DNA of 64,000 nucleotides from Octopus sinensis (lineage: Eukaryota), in the NCBI RefSeq assembly GCF_006345805.1, contig NC_043015.1, forward strand, positions 30,132,001 to 30,196,000, written 5' to 3'. The notes below the pieces were generated by a model. The model made no database searches and was not told the DNA's origin. It saw nothing but the letters and a program-made list of their open reading frames with translations. The translations under genes and the position numbers were made by a program. The number at the start of each line of letters is the position of its first letter. Position 1 is the first letter of the stretch. Positions 25,310 through 39,748 of the stretch are shown here, in pieces.

Positions 25310-26050
25310 CCTGTCACCATCACTGCACCCACCCTCCACTACCACCACTACCACCAACAACAACAACAGCAGCAACAACAACAAAACAACAACAACAGCA
25401 ACAGCAGCAGCAGCAACAACAACAACAACAACAGCAGCAGCAGCAGCAACAACAACAACAACAACAGCAGCAGCAGCAGCAACAACAACATATCAATACT
25501 GGTTCACAAACCTAAAATATGTAATAATCATAACTTTCACCACTACCACCAGCACTGATAGTTGTCAGTACCACTGCCACCACCCCTGCTATCACCCAAC
25601 TATCACAAATACCATCACTGCAGCCCCATCACTACCATTACAGTCACTGCCACCACTCCAATTACCATCACCACCAATATCACAACCAACCCCCAGCACC
25701 GGCACCACCACAAGAAACATCACTACGAAATTCAACCCCATCTTATTCAAAATCAAGATCATCTACTACCACCACCACCTTGTTCCCATCAACACTATTA
25801 CCACCACCACCACCACCACCACCACCACCATCACCACCACCACCAAGATTACATCAACACTGCTGTACCCTACAAACCTACACACCACCCTTCATAGCCG
25901 CTAAGACCAGCAAAAAAAACTTTCCCTCCCTTCCCACCAATAAGCAAGACTACCAAAAATATGTGATCCACCATCATACCACCACTACCATCACCATAGT
26001 TACCACCACTATCACCACTGCTACCACTGCCATTGCTACAACCATTAGAA
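25310..26050. repeat. Compound (CAA)/(CAG)/(CAC) trinucleotide low-complexity tract
   Basis: Direct inspection. The polyQ/polyH ORFs have no supporting splice structure. Confidence 0.85.
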
Positions 26051-26407
26051 TAATGAAAGAAAATATTTGTTTTCCAATCTTAATATTGCTATTTATCTTT
26101 TCCCAAAGATCTTTTAACGTTTTATATTTTGGTCAATTAGGCTTACAAAGAATAAGTCCTGGGGGTCGATTTGCCCGACTAAAGGCGGTGCTCCAGCATG
26201 GCCACAGTCAAATGGCTGAAACAAAGTAAAAGAGAGAGTAAAAGTGTATGTATTCACAAAATAACAGAAGCAATAATTTTTGCGAAAGAACTAAATTTGG
26301 ATAATCTATGGTTTTGGTTGTATTTCATTCTAATGGGGGAATGGTGTAGCAATGACATTGCTAAGACGAGAGCGACAATGGTGAGATGATGATGATAATG
26401 ATATGAG

Positions 26408-26615
26408 ATGGCAGAACCGTTAGCACACCGGGCGAAATGCGCAGCTGTATTTCGTCTGCCGTTACGTTCTAAGTTCAAATTCCGCCGAGGTCGACTTTGC
26501 CTTTCATCCTTTCGGGGTCGATAAATTAAGTACCAGTTACGCACTGGGGTCGATACAATCGACTTAATCCGTTTGTCCCCTCTGTGTTTAGCCCCTTGTG
26601 GGTAGTAAAGAAACA
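26408..26615 (+). mobile_element. SINE family A with TSD
   Basis: TSD gataatgatatgagatg at 26394 and 26616. Confidence 0.85.
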
Positions 26616-26745
26616 GATAATGATATGAGATGATGAAAGCAATGAGGCAATAACAACAGTGAGCCAGGTTCTTTGGCAGACTTTGGTGTCCTGGGGATGC
26701 TTCAGGATATTCTGGGTTGGCACTAATTTGTAATAATGCTAAAGT

Positions 26746-27123
26746 GGAGGCGCAATGGCTCAGTGGTTAGGGCAGTGGACTTGTGGTCATAGGATTGCAG
26801 TTTCGATTCCCAGACCGGGCATTGTGAGTGTTTATTGAGCAAAAACACCTAAAGCTCCATGAGGCTCTGGCAAGGAATGTCGTGGTGAACCCTGCTGTAC
26901 TCTTTCACCACAACTTTCTCTCACTCTATCTTCCTGTTTCTGTTGTACCTGTATTTCAAAGGGCCAGCCTTGTCACACTCTGTGTCATGCTGAATCTTCC
27001 TGAGAACTACGTTAAGGGTACACGTGTCTGTGGAGTGCTCTGCCACTTGCATGTTAATAAATGAGCTGCGACATCACTGGTGCCAAGCTGTATCGGCCCC
27101 TTTGCCTTTCCCTTGGATAACAT
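26746..27123 (+). mobile_element. tRNA-derived SINE family D
   Basis: Head ggaggcgcaatggctcagtggttaggg...gtttcgattccc (A/B boxes). Homologous to 34162-34543. Confidence 0.8.
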
Positions 27124-29990
27124 TCTTATTCTCCATTTCATCTTTATTTTGTGTACTCTTGTCTATTGTGTTTCGCTTTTTGTTCTTGGTAGTTTTCCTC
27201 TTCCCTCAGAATTACTGGCCTTGAACCAAATTTAGAAATAATCAAGGCGGCAAGCTGGCAGAATCATTACCATGCAGGGCAAAATGTTTAGTGACATCTC
27301 TTCTGACTCTTTACATTCTGAGTTCAAATGCTGTGAAGGTCAACTTTTCATTTCCTCGTTTTGAGGTACCTGTTGAGCAATAGGGTTGATCTAATTGGCT
27401 TTCTTTTCTCCTCAAAATTGCTGGCCTTGTGCCCAATTTTGGCAGAATAACTATTATTACCATATTTGTATTTAGTTTGCAGAATGTTTGCTTGAGGTAT
27501 TTTCCTTCAACCATATTGTGAATATTTATAAACTACAGTATCACATTCTCTTCACTTGTATATAAAGTTCAATTGTATTTATGTATTTATGTACGTGTGT
27601 CTATGTATACAGATACCTCTCCATTGGGAATGTGTCCATATGCCCAATCTAGACGCAGCAAATGATTTTAGCTCAATAGAGGCCATTGATTGGTTAAAAT
27701 TCGAAAAATTAAACTACGTTAAACTTACAAATTACAATTTTCTCAAGAAAGCCAAGAGTAAAAAATGGTTTTATTTTGACACATTCTACCAGTATACGAA
27801 GTTTAAAAGTGTTTAGTTAACTAGAAATTGTGTTGAAAACTGCCGTTCAAAAGGAAAAGATCCAAATTATTTACTTTGTGTAAAAAAATTATCTATTTTG
27901 TGTTTTAGGTAGTCGTTGTAGGATCGACTAGTTACGACTAGCTAGCGCGGATGCGCGACTACGCGAGTGTGCGTACAGGGACCACTCTTCTTAAATAGTA
28001 CCCCACATTAAGACTTAGGAAATACATTTATATATTTGTTTGTTAAGCTCTTGTCCATCTATGTCGTCTATTTCAATTATTTATTTACCCTTTTCGTTTT
28101 TCCACCCAGCCACTCTATATTCTTAAAGTTCTTTTACTCTGAATTAATGAAATCAAACAAATAATTTTATAATGAAAAGTTGAAATCCATAAGTAACACA
28201 TTCTTTTTCTTTGCACTCACACACGCGCGCGTGCAGAGAAGAGAGACTTGTGTCTGAGTAAGAAAGTAATAGCTATATCTGTCAAGAGCTAATCTAGTAT
28301 TATACTGTTGTATTAAAGTAGGGGATAATTCGCTAAACAAGGGACCAGCCAGAAATAGCAACCAAAATCTCTCTAAAATAAAGAAAGGGTACGTTACATA
28401 GTCCTTGATAACTCTGAATCGGTTGAATGGCATCAGTTTTGCAACTGACCGCTGTTGAACAGCAATTGCACGACATACAATAAAATTGTTATGAGAGGAA
28501 CATTTTCCTCCTTGTCACTGAAAGAAGATTAAGTCACGTTGCCTTCTACATTTGTGCAGTGGACCTGTCAATAGATTAATTTATAAGAAAGAAAAGAAAA
28601 AAGCAATAACATGAAGGTAAAAAAAACCAGTAGGTTGTGACGAGGGAGTCTCACTGTAGTGGCTTGATCTGCTTGAAATAGCTGCTAAATCCCTCCTTAA
28701 CATTGTACTGTTAACAGAGTTCTGCATTAGCTACCCTTTAAACTCTTATGCCCCATGAGAAAGGAAAAGAGTCTGGAAGTGGGTGGTAAATATGCAAAAA
28801 TATTTGAAACTTTTTTGGAGGAAAAAAAATCCTTTTCGATTTTTAATTTCTGTTATATGAAACATATTGTCCTCATTATCAACCACTGGACATTGAGGTC
28901 TCGAATCCTAGGACTCTTAGGTCCGGTTATCCGATTTTCATGGTGTATAACTGACCGAAACCACAAGATTCCTCCTCAACAGGAGGCCAGTCTTGCGGCA
29001 GGGTCAGTCATTTACAGCTGAGTGGACCGGAGTAACACAAGATGATGTGTTTTATTCAAGAACAACACACCGACCGGTCCGAGAAGCGAAACCACGATCT
29101 TCCGATTGTGAATACAGTACCTCAAAGCCATGAAAAGGAATACTGAAAATTGAAGGGAAAAAAACCCCCACCATTTTCGTTTCAAATGAGGAATGGGACT
29201 TGGAGAAACAGTCCAAAATTGTCCGGCTGTGTTTCTTTTCCCCTTCAAAAAAAAAAAGAAGAATATTTTGGTTATGCAAAAAGTCTGGATAGTTTCCGTC
29301 GAGAATGTCTTTTGCTGAAAATCGTTCTGAACCCGGGTCCATATAAGATTTTTGGGGTCCACGCAAGCAAAATAGTAAATTAGGAACTCACAGTTGTATG
29401 TTAAGAGTCTTTAGCGAGGTGAAAATGTTATGTATGTGGCTATCGCCCTACGCCCTGCGAAATCTTTAGCGGTATTTCGTCTGCCCTTACGTTCTGAGTT
29501 CAGATTCCGCCGAGGTCGACTTAGCCTTTCATCCTTTCGAGGTCGATTACATAAGTACCAGTTACGCACTGGGATCGATTACATAAGTACCAGTTACGCA
29601 TTGGCGAGGGGGGGGGGGGTCGATTACATAAGCACCAGTTATGCACTGGGGTCGCTGTAATCGACTTAGTTCCTTTGTCTGTCCTTGTTTGTTACCTTTA
29701 TCTTTAGCCCCCTGTGGGCAATAAAGAAATAGATATTATAATCTCCTGGTTTCAAACGAGTCAGAATAAAGAGCATCAAAAAAATACGAAGACAGGTTGA
29801 AATTGGCGGCCACGTTTATTTCTCTGCTAATAGAAGATATAGCAAACTGGTTCAACATGAATAATTCTGTGAACAAAAATAAATTGGTTCCTCGTGCATC
29901 TTGTACACGGGTGATGTGCGCGGGAGAAACGCAAAGCATATCGTCAAAGATCTATGCTGACAATTCTCTCCTTTCATAGCGGAATAAAAC

Positions 29991-30251
29991 AGATCTTTTC
30001 CTTTTGAACGGCAGATGTCAACACAATTTCTAGTTAACTAAACACTTTTAAACTTCGTATACTGGTAGAATGTGTTTATAAAACATCATGCTCGATTTTA
30101 TAGTGGAAATATGTTACAAACTATAGAATTTTCTCAATAAAACCAAGAAAAAATTATGTTTTATAAACAAATTCTACCTGTATACGAAGTTTAAAAGTGT
30201 TTAGTTAACTAGAAATTGTGTTGACATCTGCCGTTCTAAAGGAAAAGATCC
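29991..30251. mobile_element. Long-TIR MITE (Merlin- or MULE-like)
   Basis: TIRs of ~95 bp, (a/g)gatcttttcc...ggaaaagatcc, with a 9-bp near-TSD (g/a)aataaaac. Half copy at ~27650-27863. Confidence 0.8.
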
Positions 30252-31573
30252 AAATAAAACTTGCTCTCTGCCGTGTAACCCGTCTCATTGAAGAAAATAG
30301 CGGGAAACGGTATCCTTAAGTAGCAAAGAGTAGGCTCAAAACGGACCACACTTTCCTGGGTCGGACAAGTGATCTGATTGGATGATTTAAATCGACACGA
30401 ACGGGTATGGTCGATGGACCACCTGCAGAAGACAATGTTGATGAGCCAAAATGTGAGTATTTCAAAGTTTAAGAGCCAAACTATGAACATGCTTCAAGGT
30501 AAATGAAGAAGAATTTTTACTTTAGATATATTTATTGTAAAAAAAACAGCTGGGTGTCTTTCTCTAATGTTTTATGTAGTTTTTTTTAAAACATGTTTCC
30601 AGCCACTGAAATATGTTCTCTCAGGGAGTTCTATTGCAAACCTACATAAGTGGACATGTGAAAAACGAAATAGGAATTTTGAAAGAAGTAGCTATAAAAC
30701 TAATTTGTAAACATTTAGTGGCTTGGAACCCACCAGAATAAAATAGAAATCAAAAGGGATCTGTAAGTGTTAAAAAAAAAATGGTTGAAAGCTACTGCCG
30801 TAAACAAGCAACTACAAATATTTCTAGTTTCAGCCCCTAAATACCAATTTAATAAGTTCACAGGTAAAGAGACGAGGAAAAGATTCAAACATTACAAACA
30901 GAGACCTTTCACCAGCGAAAAGATAAGCCCAGTAGTAGACGACATTTTATCTTTTGCTTGCTTTGGTCATTGGATTGCGGTCATATTGTGGGGATTGTCT
31001 TGAAAGGTTTAATTGAACAAACCAACCGAGGTTTTCAATCGGTAGTGGTGGACAAACACACATTACACGCACACATATTATATAACGGGTTTCTTTCAGT
31101 TTTCATCTAGATATCACTTAAAAGATGGGATAGAAACGATTGAAATAACGTTTATCATAAATCCATTTAATCAATGTTGGTCTAGTGTTAAACTACAATA
31201 ACCTTTTGCATCCCAAAGCTCTGCAGGTCCCGGCGTGTTTTAAGAAAAATTGCTTGGCAGCCAAGTGACTTACACGCACACATATATTATATAACGGGCT
31301 TCTTTCAGTTTTCATCTACCCTATTCATTCACAAATCACTGATGAATCCGGGGTTATAGCATAAGACATCCCTGTTGTACAGCGACGTGGGACAGAACTA
31401 AAGTCATTTGGCTGCCAAGCGATTTTTCTTAAAACACGCCGGGACCTGCAGAGCTTTTGGGATGCAAAAGGTTATTGTAGTTTAACACTAGACCAACACT
31501 GATTAAATGGATTTATGATTAATGTTATTTCAATCATTAGTATCCCATCTTTTAAGCAATATCTAGGGGTACA

Positions 31574-31800
31574 GCGAGCTGGCAGAAACGTTAGCACGCC
31601 GGGCGAGATGCTTAGTGGTATTTCGTCTGCCACTACATTCTGAGTTCAAATTCCGCCGAGGTCGACTTTGCCTTTCATCCTTTCGGGGTCGATTAAATAA
31701 GTACCAGTAAATCACTGGGGCCGATATAATCGACTTAATCCGTTTGTCTGTCCTTGTTTGTCCCCTCTATGTTTAGCCCCCTGTGGGTAATAAAGAAATA
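31574..31800 (+). mobile_element. SINE family A with 16-bp TSD
   Basis: TSD aatatctaggggtaca at 31558 and 31801. Confidence 0.88.
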
Positions 31801-32042
31801 AATATCTAGGGGTACATCATCTAACGCGCCCTTTCCTTATTTTTTTAAGATGGCAGGGCGAACGGCCGACATTGTTGCCTCTCAGAAAAAATGGATATTT
31901 TCTCATGAAATTTTTTACAAATACTTTTCGGATGGTGTGTATAATATCAGAATTTAATGTAAAAAGAAAAAAAATTGGTGGGCGCCCTCACATAGGAAAC
32001 ACAGACATAATTTTTTTTCAAAATTTAATGTTTCATTTTGTA

Positions 32043-32090
<48 letters not shown>

Positions 32091-34161
32091 ATGTGTGTGA
32101 GTATGTATGTGTGCACGCCCATCAATTTTTTCCTTAAGCCTGAAAGGTATTTGTAGAAAATTTCATTAAAAAATACTCATTTTTTTTTGAGAGTTATGAG
32201 GAAACGAAATCGGGGCACATTTGTAGAGGTATGCCGTGTAAAACTTGTATGTATGTGTGTGTGTGTATATATATATATATATAAGAAACGGTCGGCATAA
32301 TCTTACCTCCCTTGGATTAGAGTTATTTCCCTTATATTGAAACATTGAATGAAGCGAGCTTTTTTACTCACTTCTAGTATAGTTTATAACTAGGGTACCC
32401 GTGTCGTCAAAAAAGGTGCCTATAGTTTTACTAATGACAGAAAAAGGCACATCAAAACTACGGGAGAAACCCTTGATAAATGTCAGCAATTGAGTAAATA
32501 TAAGTACATACACAGAATTGAAGCACTTGGACCATGATATACAATTGTAACATCTCAGCTGAAAATATCATCCACATAATATATGAAATATTCACTTTTC
32601 CTTGCTTGCAAGGTTCAGAAAAATTTTGTACAGCTGGATGCTCTCCCTGTCACCAACCCTCACCTTTTCCAAGGAAGGTAATATTTGACCATGCACAGAC
32701 AGGTTTTCATGGTATATTGGAAACAAAGGATGCCACTAAGCACTTTGCCTGGTGTGCTAATGATTCTGCTGCTCACCACCTTATTCTTGTATATAATATA
32801 TTCATGGATGGGATTTATAGATTTATCACTCATACTACAGATATTTCTGTATTGCAGTGAAATAGTTTAGATCCAGAGAACAGCTGTGTAGTTATATTAG
32901 TCTACTAGAAATAGTAGCCAAATGGCCATGAAATGAATCACTACCAGCTTGATATATTAGACATGGTCCCTAAAACTGGAATCATCATCATTGGAAGGGT
33001 TTACAAATTTTTTGTTTGTTTGTTTGGTAGAGCTAAATTACGACAATGGGGCCTTTTGTCGATGCATTGACACATATACTAACAGTTTAGCCCTCTCTCT
33101 CTGTATATATATAAATATATCATCATCATCATTGTTTAACGTCCACTTTCCATGCTAGCATGGGTTGGAAGATTTTGACTGAGGGCTGGCGAACCAGATG
33201 GCTGCACCAGGCTCCAATCTTGATCTGGCAGAGTTTCTACAGCTGGATGCCCTTCCCAATGCCAACCACTCCGAGAGTGTAGTGGGTTCTTTTTACGTGC
33301 CACTGGCATGGGGGCCAGTGAGGCAGTACTGGCAACGACCTTGCTCGAATCTTTTTAAACATGCCACCAGCACAGGTGCCAGTAAGGCGACGTTGGTAAC
33401 GATCACGCTCGAATTGTGCCCTTTTACATGCCACGGCACGGGGGCCAGTTGGCTGCTCTGGCAATGATCATGTACATATATATGTCTGTGTGTATTTGTC
33501 TCCTTTTTCTAGACATCATGTGGTAGTTATACTAACAGCTTAGCACTAAGTTGGTCATAATCAAGCAAGCCTTTTATTTGCAAGGCTTTCTAGTAGTGAC
33601 CATTCCATTTAGAGGATATGTGTAATATAGCAAGCTGATAGTGCTTCATTTTATAGTGATTTAGCTGCTATTTCTAGCAGTCTGATCTGTTGGCTATGCA
33701 TTGGCACAAGTATATGTTGGCCAGGGCAAGATTCTTTGGAGGAAGACTAATAGTTGTCCATATATGCAAGTGTTATATCTCCATATCACTGATGTTTGGT
33801 CAAGGAAAAGGTCACCACCAGCTTGGACTAGCACAGTTTGGCACTGATATTGTTACAGGCCTTAAGGCAGCAAACTCGCAGAAAGGTTAACATGCCGGAT
33901 GAAATGCTTAGCAGTATTTGTCTGTTTTTACGTTCTGAGTTCAAATTCTGCCGAGGTCGACTTTGCCTTTCATCCTTTCGGGGGTCGATAAAATAAGTAC
34001 CAGTTCTACACTGGGGTTTGTTTAATCAACTGGTCCCCTCCCGCCAAAGATTTCAGGCCTTGTGCCTAGAGTAGAAAAGGATATTGTCACAGGCCTGGGC
34101 TATATTTTTACTTAGCCCAGCATGATAAATCATAAATCTAAGTTTGAAGAAAACAGAATAT

Positions 34162-34543
34162 GGAGGCACTCCGTCGGTTACGACGACGAGGGTTCCGGTT
34201 GATCCGATCAACGGAACAGCCTACTCGTGAAATTAACGTGTAAGTGGCTGAGCACTCCACAGATACATGTACCCTTAACATAGTTCTCGGGGATATTCAG
34301 CGTGACACAGAGAGTGACAAGGCTGGCCCTTTGAAATACAGGTACAACAGAAACAGGAAGTAAAGGTGAGAGAAAGTTGTGGTGAAAGAGTACAGCAGGG
34401 ATCACCACCATCCCCTGCCAGAGCCTCGTGGAGCTTTAGGTGTTTTCGACAATAAACACTCACAACGCCTGGTCTGGGAATTGAAACCGCGATCCTACGA
34501 CCGTGAGTCCGCTGCCCTAACCACTGGGCCATTGCGCCTCCAC
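34162..34543 (-). mobile_element. SINE family D, full length with TSD
   Basis: TSD aaacagaatat at 34151 and 34544; tRNA-like head at the right end. Confidence 0.85.
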
Positions 34544-34839
34544 AAACAGAATATAGAAGTAAGATCAAAGAAAATTCATTGAAAGGTAAGGAGAAAGCAG
34601 TCAGGCATCCCCTGGTTAATGGTTAGTGGCAGATGACTTTTTGACATTCATAATACAGTAAAAGCAAGGAGTTTATAGACCAGACAAGACAGAGGAGCCG
34701 TAGTAAAAATATGAAAGAAATAAAATTAAAGGAACAGGAAAATGATTGAATAAGAAGAAGAATAAAAGGGAATTTATAAAATGTATAAGGATGGAGTTAT
34801 AAAAAAGATAATTATATAACTATAAACAAAACTTTAGAC

Positions 34840-35061
34840 CAGTGGTTTTTCAACCAGGGTTCCACGGAACCTTAGGGTTCCGCCAGTACAGTCCAAGGGT
34901 TCCACAAGAAGTTACAAAACTGCTAAAATAGGGAGTAATTTTTAATTCTCCTGTGCAGATATGTGTGCATAAGACAATTAAATTATTGCACAGGGGTTCC
35001 TTTAGCCAGTGGAAATGTTTCATTGGGGGTTCCGCTCCAGCAAAAATGTCGAAAAGCACTG
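34840..35061. mobile_element. hAT (Buster/Charlie-like) MITE
   Basis: CAGTG...CACTG TIRs and an exact 8-bp TSD ctttagac with central TA. Confidence 0.88.
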
Positions 35062-35519
35062 CTTTAGACACTTAAAGAAATCCTAAGAATACAGGTATAT
35101 CATAATTCTAATAGGCCTAGTTTATACATGTAAATAGATGAAGAAAGCTGTATAAAACCTAGGGTGAGGATATTAGGTTAAAATATGTGTTAATAGCTAT
35201 TTATGATGGTTAGTATATTGATCTCTGGTTAAAAGTAAATGGTTTAAAAGACTTCACTTACGCAATGCAGAATGTAATTTTTAATAATTTTGTAATTTTC
35301 AGCACCTCAACGCTTCAAACTTGATCAAATTTATGTATCATGTTTATGTGTTGATTATAATTTCTACTCCCTTGATGAATTTTTTAAACAAATTTAAAGG
35401 TAATCAAAGACTATATATATATTTTTTGTCAAATATATCTCTGGTTACATTTATGTAACATCTTTTATAAATGATATAATACCACATATATGTGTTTGTC
35501 CATCTTTATCTCTCTACTC

Positions 35520-35554
<35 letters not shown>

Positions 35555-35654
35555 CACTGCTTGGCACCTTGGGCAGGTGTCTTCTACAATAGCTTCGGCC
35601 CAACGAAAGCCTTGTGAGTGGATTTGGTAGATGGAAACTGAAAGAAGCCTGTCG

Positions 35655-37465
<1,811 letters not shown>

Positions 37466-37479
37466 TTTATTTATTTTCT

Positions 37480-37975
37480 AGAACAAGTGTAGCTGCTAGA
37501 ATAGCCTGTGCAAAGTTCAGTGACCTCCTACCTCTGCTGGTGACAAAGGGCCTCTTGCTCAGAGTGAAAGGTAGACTTATGACGCATGTGTACTAACAGC
37601 CATGCTACACAGCAGTGAAACTTGGGCTGTGACTGCTGAGGACATGCGTAAGCTTGCAAGAAATGAAGCTAGTTTGTTCTACTGGATATGTTATGTCTGT
37701 GTGCATGAATGACAGAGTGTAAGCGCCCTTAGAGAAAAGTTGGACATAAGAAGCATCAGATGTGGTGTGCAAGAGAGACGACTGAGCTGGTATCGTTATG
37801 TGTTGTGTATAGATGAGGACAGCTGTGTGAAAAAGTGTCACACTCTAGTAGTTAAGGGAACCTGTAGAAGAGATAGACCCAGGAACATCTGGGATGAGGT
37901 GGTGAAACACAACCTTCAAATGTTGGGCCTCAGGGAGGCAATGACGAATGACTGGGACCTTTGGAGATATGTTGT
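37480..37975 (+). mobile_element. Degenerate RTE-clade LINE 3' region
   Basis: RRLSWYRYVLCIDEDSCVKKC...RRDRPRNIWDEVVK...DWDLWR is an RTE C-terminus. Confidence 0.75.
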
Positions 37976-38897
37976 ACCCTGCAAGCCAAGTGAGACCGTA
38001 ACTGTGACCTATGCCAATGCAGTGTAGCTGGCCTATTTAAGAGTACTCTTCAATACTGGCCAATAAACTGTGCTTGAGTCAAGTGAAGTCATTGTTGTGG
38101 CCGATACCAGTACTGCCTCACTGGCACCGTTGCTGGTGGCACGTAAAAGGCACCGTTCGAGCATGGCTGTTGCCAGTGCTGCCTGACTGGCTCCCATGTT
38201 GGTGGCACATAAAAAGCACCATTTGGGCCTGGCCATTTTTACCTGCAGAGTGCACTAGAGTAACATGAAATGAAGTGTCTTGCTCAAGAAAACAATGCAT
38301 TGCTTGTTTCAAGGATCAAAACCACAATTTTCTGATCATGAAGCCAACACTTTAACCACTAAGCCATGTGCCTCCACTTTGTTTATAATATGCCATTTAA
38401 GAATTTGTCCAGTTCCTCCTCCACAAAGATGAGTCTGTTGGATGTGGAGATTATAGCATAGATATGCAGCTTTAGGGAATGAGTTCCACCATAGAAATCT
38501 CTCTGAAATTTGATTGGTTGTAAAGTTGACCAATGAGAGATCTATAAATAAAATAATATATAAATAAGTAAATATGTGGATACAAAAAGATAAACAAACT
38601 CAAAAATAAATAACGGTTAAAATCAATAATTGGAAGCATTACCATTTTTCTTGTTGGTAGTGGATTGGCAGAGAAATGTTAGAACATTAGAGAAAATGTC
38701 TGGTAGTATTGAATGATGGCTTTTTATGCTCTGAGTTCAAATCCCACCAACTTTGCCTTTCGTTTCTCTGGGGTTGATAAAATGAAGTACCATTCAAAAA
38801 CTGGGGTTGACTGTATCAACTAACACCTCCCTCTAAAATTGCTGGCCTTGTTAAACTTTGAAAATAGAGGTGGTGGACTAGCAGAATCATTAGCACC

Positions 38898-39748
38898 TCT
38901 GAGCACCTTTTCAAACTCCACCCGTCTAACACCTGTGGATATATTTACAAAGTCAGAAAACAGCACAGCGCCCATGACTTTAGGAAACATTTTTTCATGC
39001 TGAGAGTTGCTGAAGCATGGAACAAACTGCCGGCATTGGTTGTTAGTTGTCGGAGCACTGCATCCTTCAAAACTTCCATGCTTCCTGAGATTCGCCAACA
39101 CTACACCTGATTTTCTCCCCTTCATACACACGCTGAAGTATGGAACAAACTGCCGGCATCAGTTGTTAGTTGTCGGAGCACTGCATCCTTCAAAACTTCC
39201 ATGCTTCCTGAGATTCGCCAACACTACACCTGATTTTCTCCCCTTCATACACACGCTGAAGTATGGAACAAACTGCCGGCATCAGTTGTTAGTTGTCGGA
39301 GCACTGCATCCTTCAAAACTTCCATGTTTCCTGAGATTCGCCAACACTACACCTGATTTTCTCCCCTTCATACACACGCTGAAGTATGGAACAAACTGCC
39401 GGCATCAGTTGTTAGTTGTCGGAGCACTGCATCCTTCAAAACTTCCATGCTTCCTGAGATTCGCCAACACTACACCTGATTTTCTCCCCTTCATACACAC
39501 GCTGAAGCATGGAACAAACTGCCGGCATCAGTTGTTAGTTGTCGGAGCACTGCATCCTTCAAAACTTCCATGCTTCCTGAGATTCGCCAACACTACACCT
39601 GATTTTCTCCCCTCCATATCTGACTCATATACATTCTTCGCTTTCCAGACATTTGTACATTACTGCATACACCTTATATGCACTTTCTGACAAGTTGTGG
39701 TGCACCTGAGTACTGTATGCAATAATTTCATTATTATTATTATATTAT
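38898..39748 (+). mobile_element. CR1-like LINE 3' end with a 123-bp unit tandemly repeated ~4.9 times (39009-39612)
   Basis: Units start at 39009, 39132, 39255, 39378 and 39501. RT-frame motif WNKLPASVVSCRSTASFKTSML; (att)n tail. Confidence 0.9.

Noticed and set aside
25156-26229. PolyQ/polyH/polyP ORFs
   Set aside because: Trinucleotide microsatellites open in several frames, with no domain or splice support.
38383-38541. Apparent minus-strand terminal exon ISHWSTLQPIKFQRDFYGG...EEELDKFLNGIL* after a good acceptor
   Set aside because: The overlapping frame gives WWNSFP and this frame gives EELDKFL. Together they resemble the frameshifted WNSLP...LDKFL end of a decayed CR1-type RT rather than a host exon.
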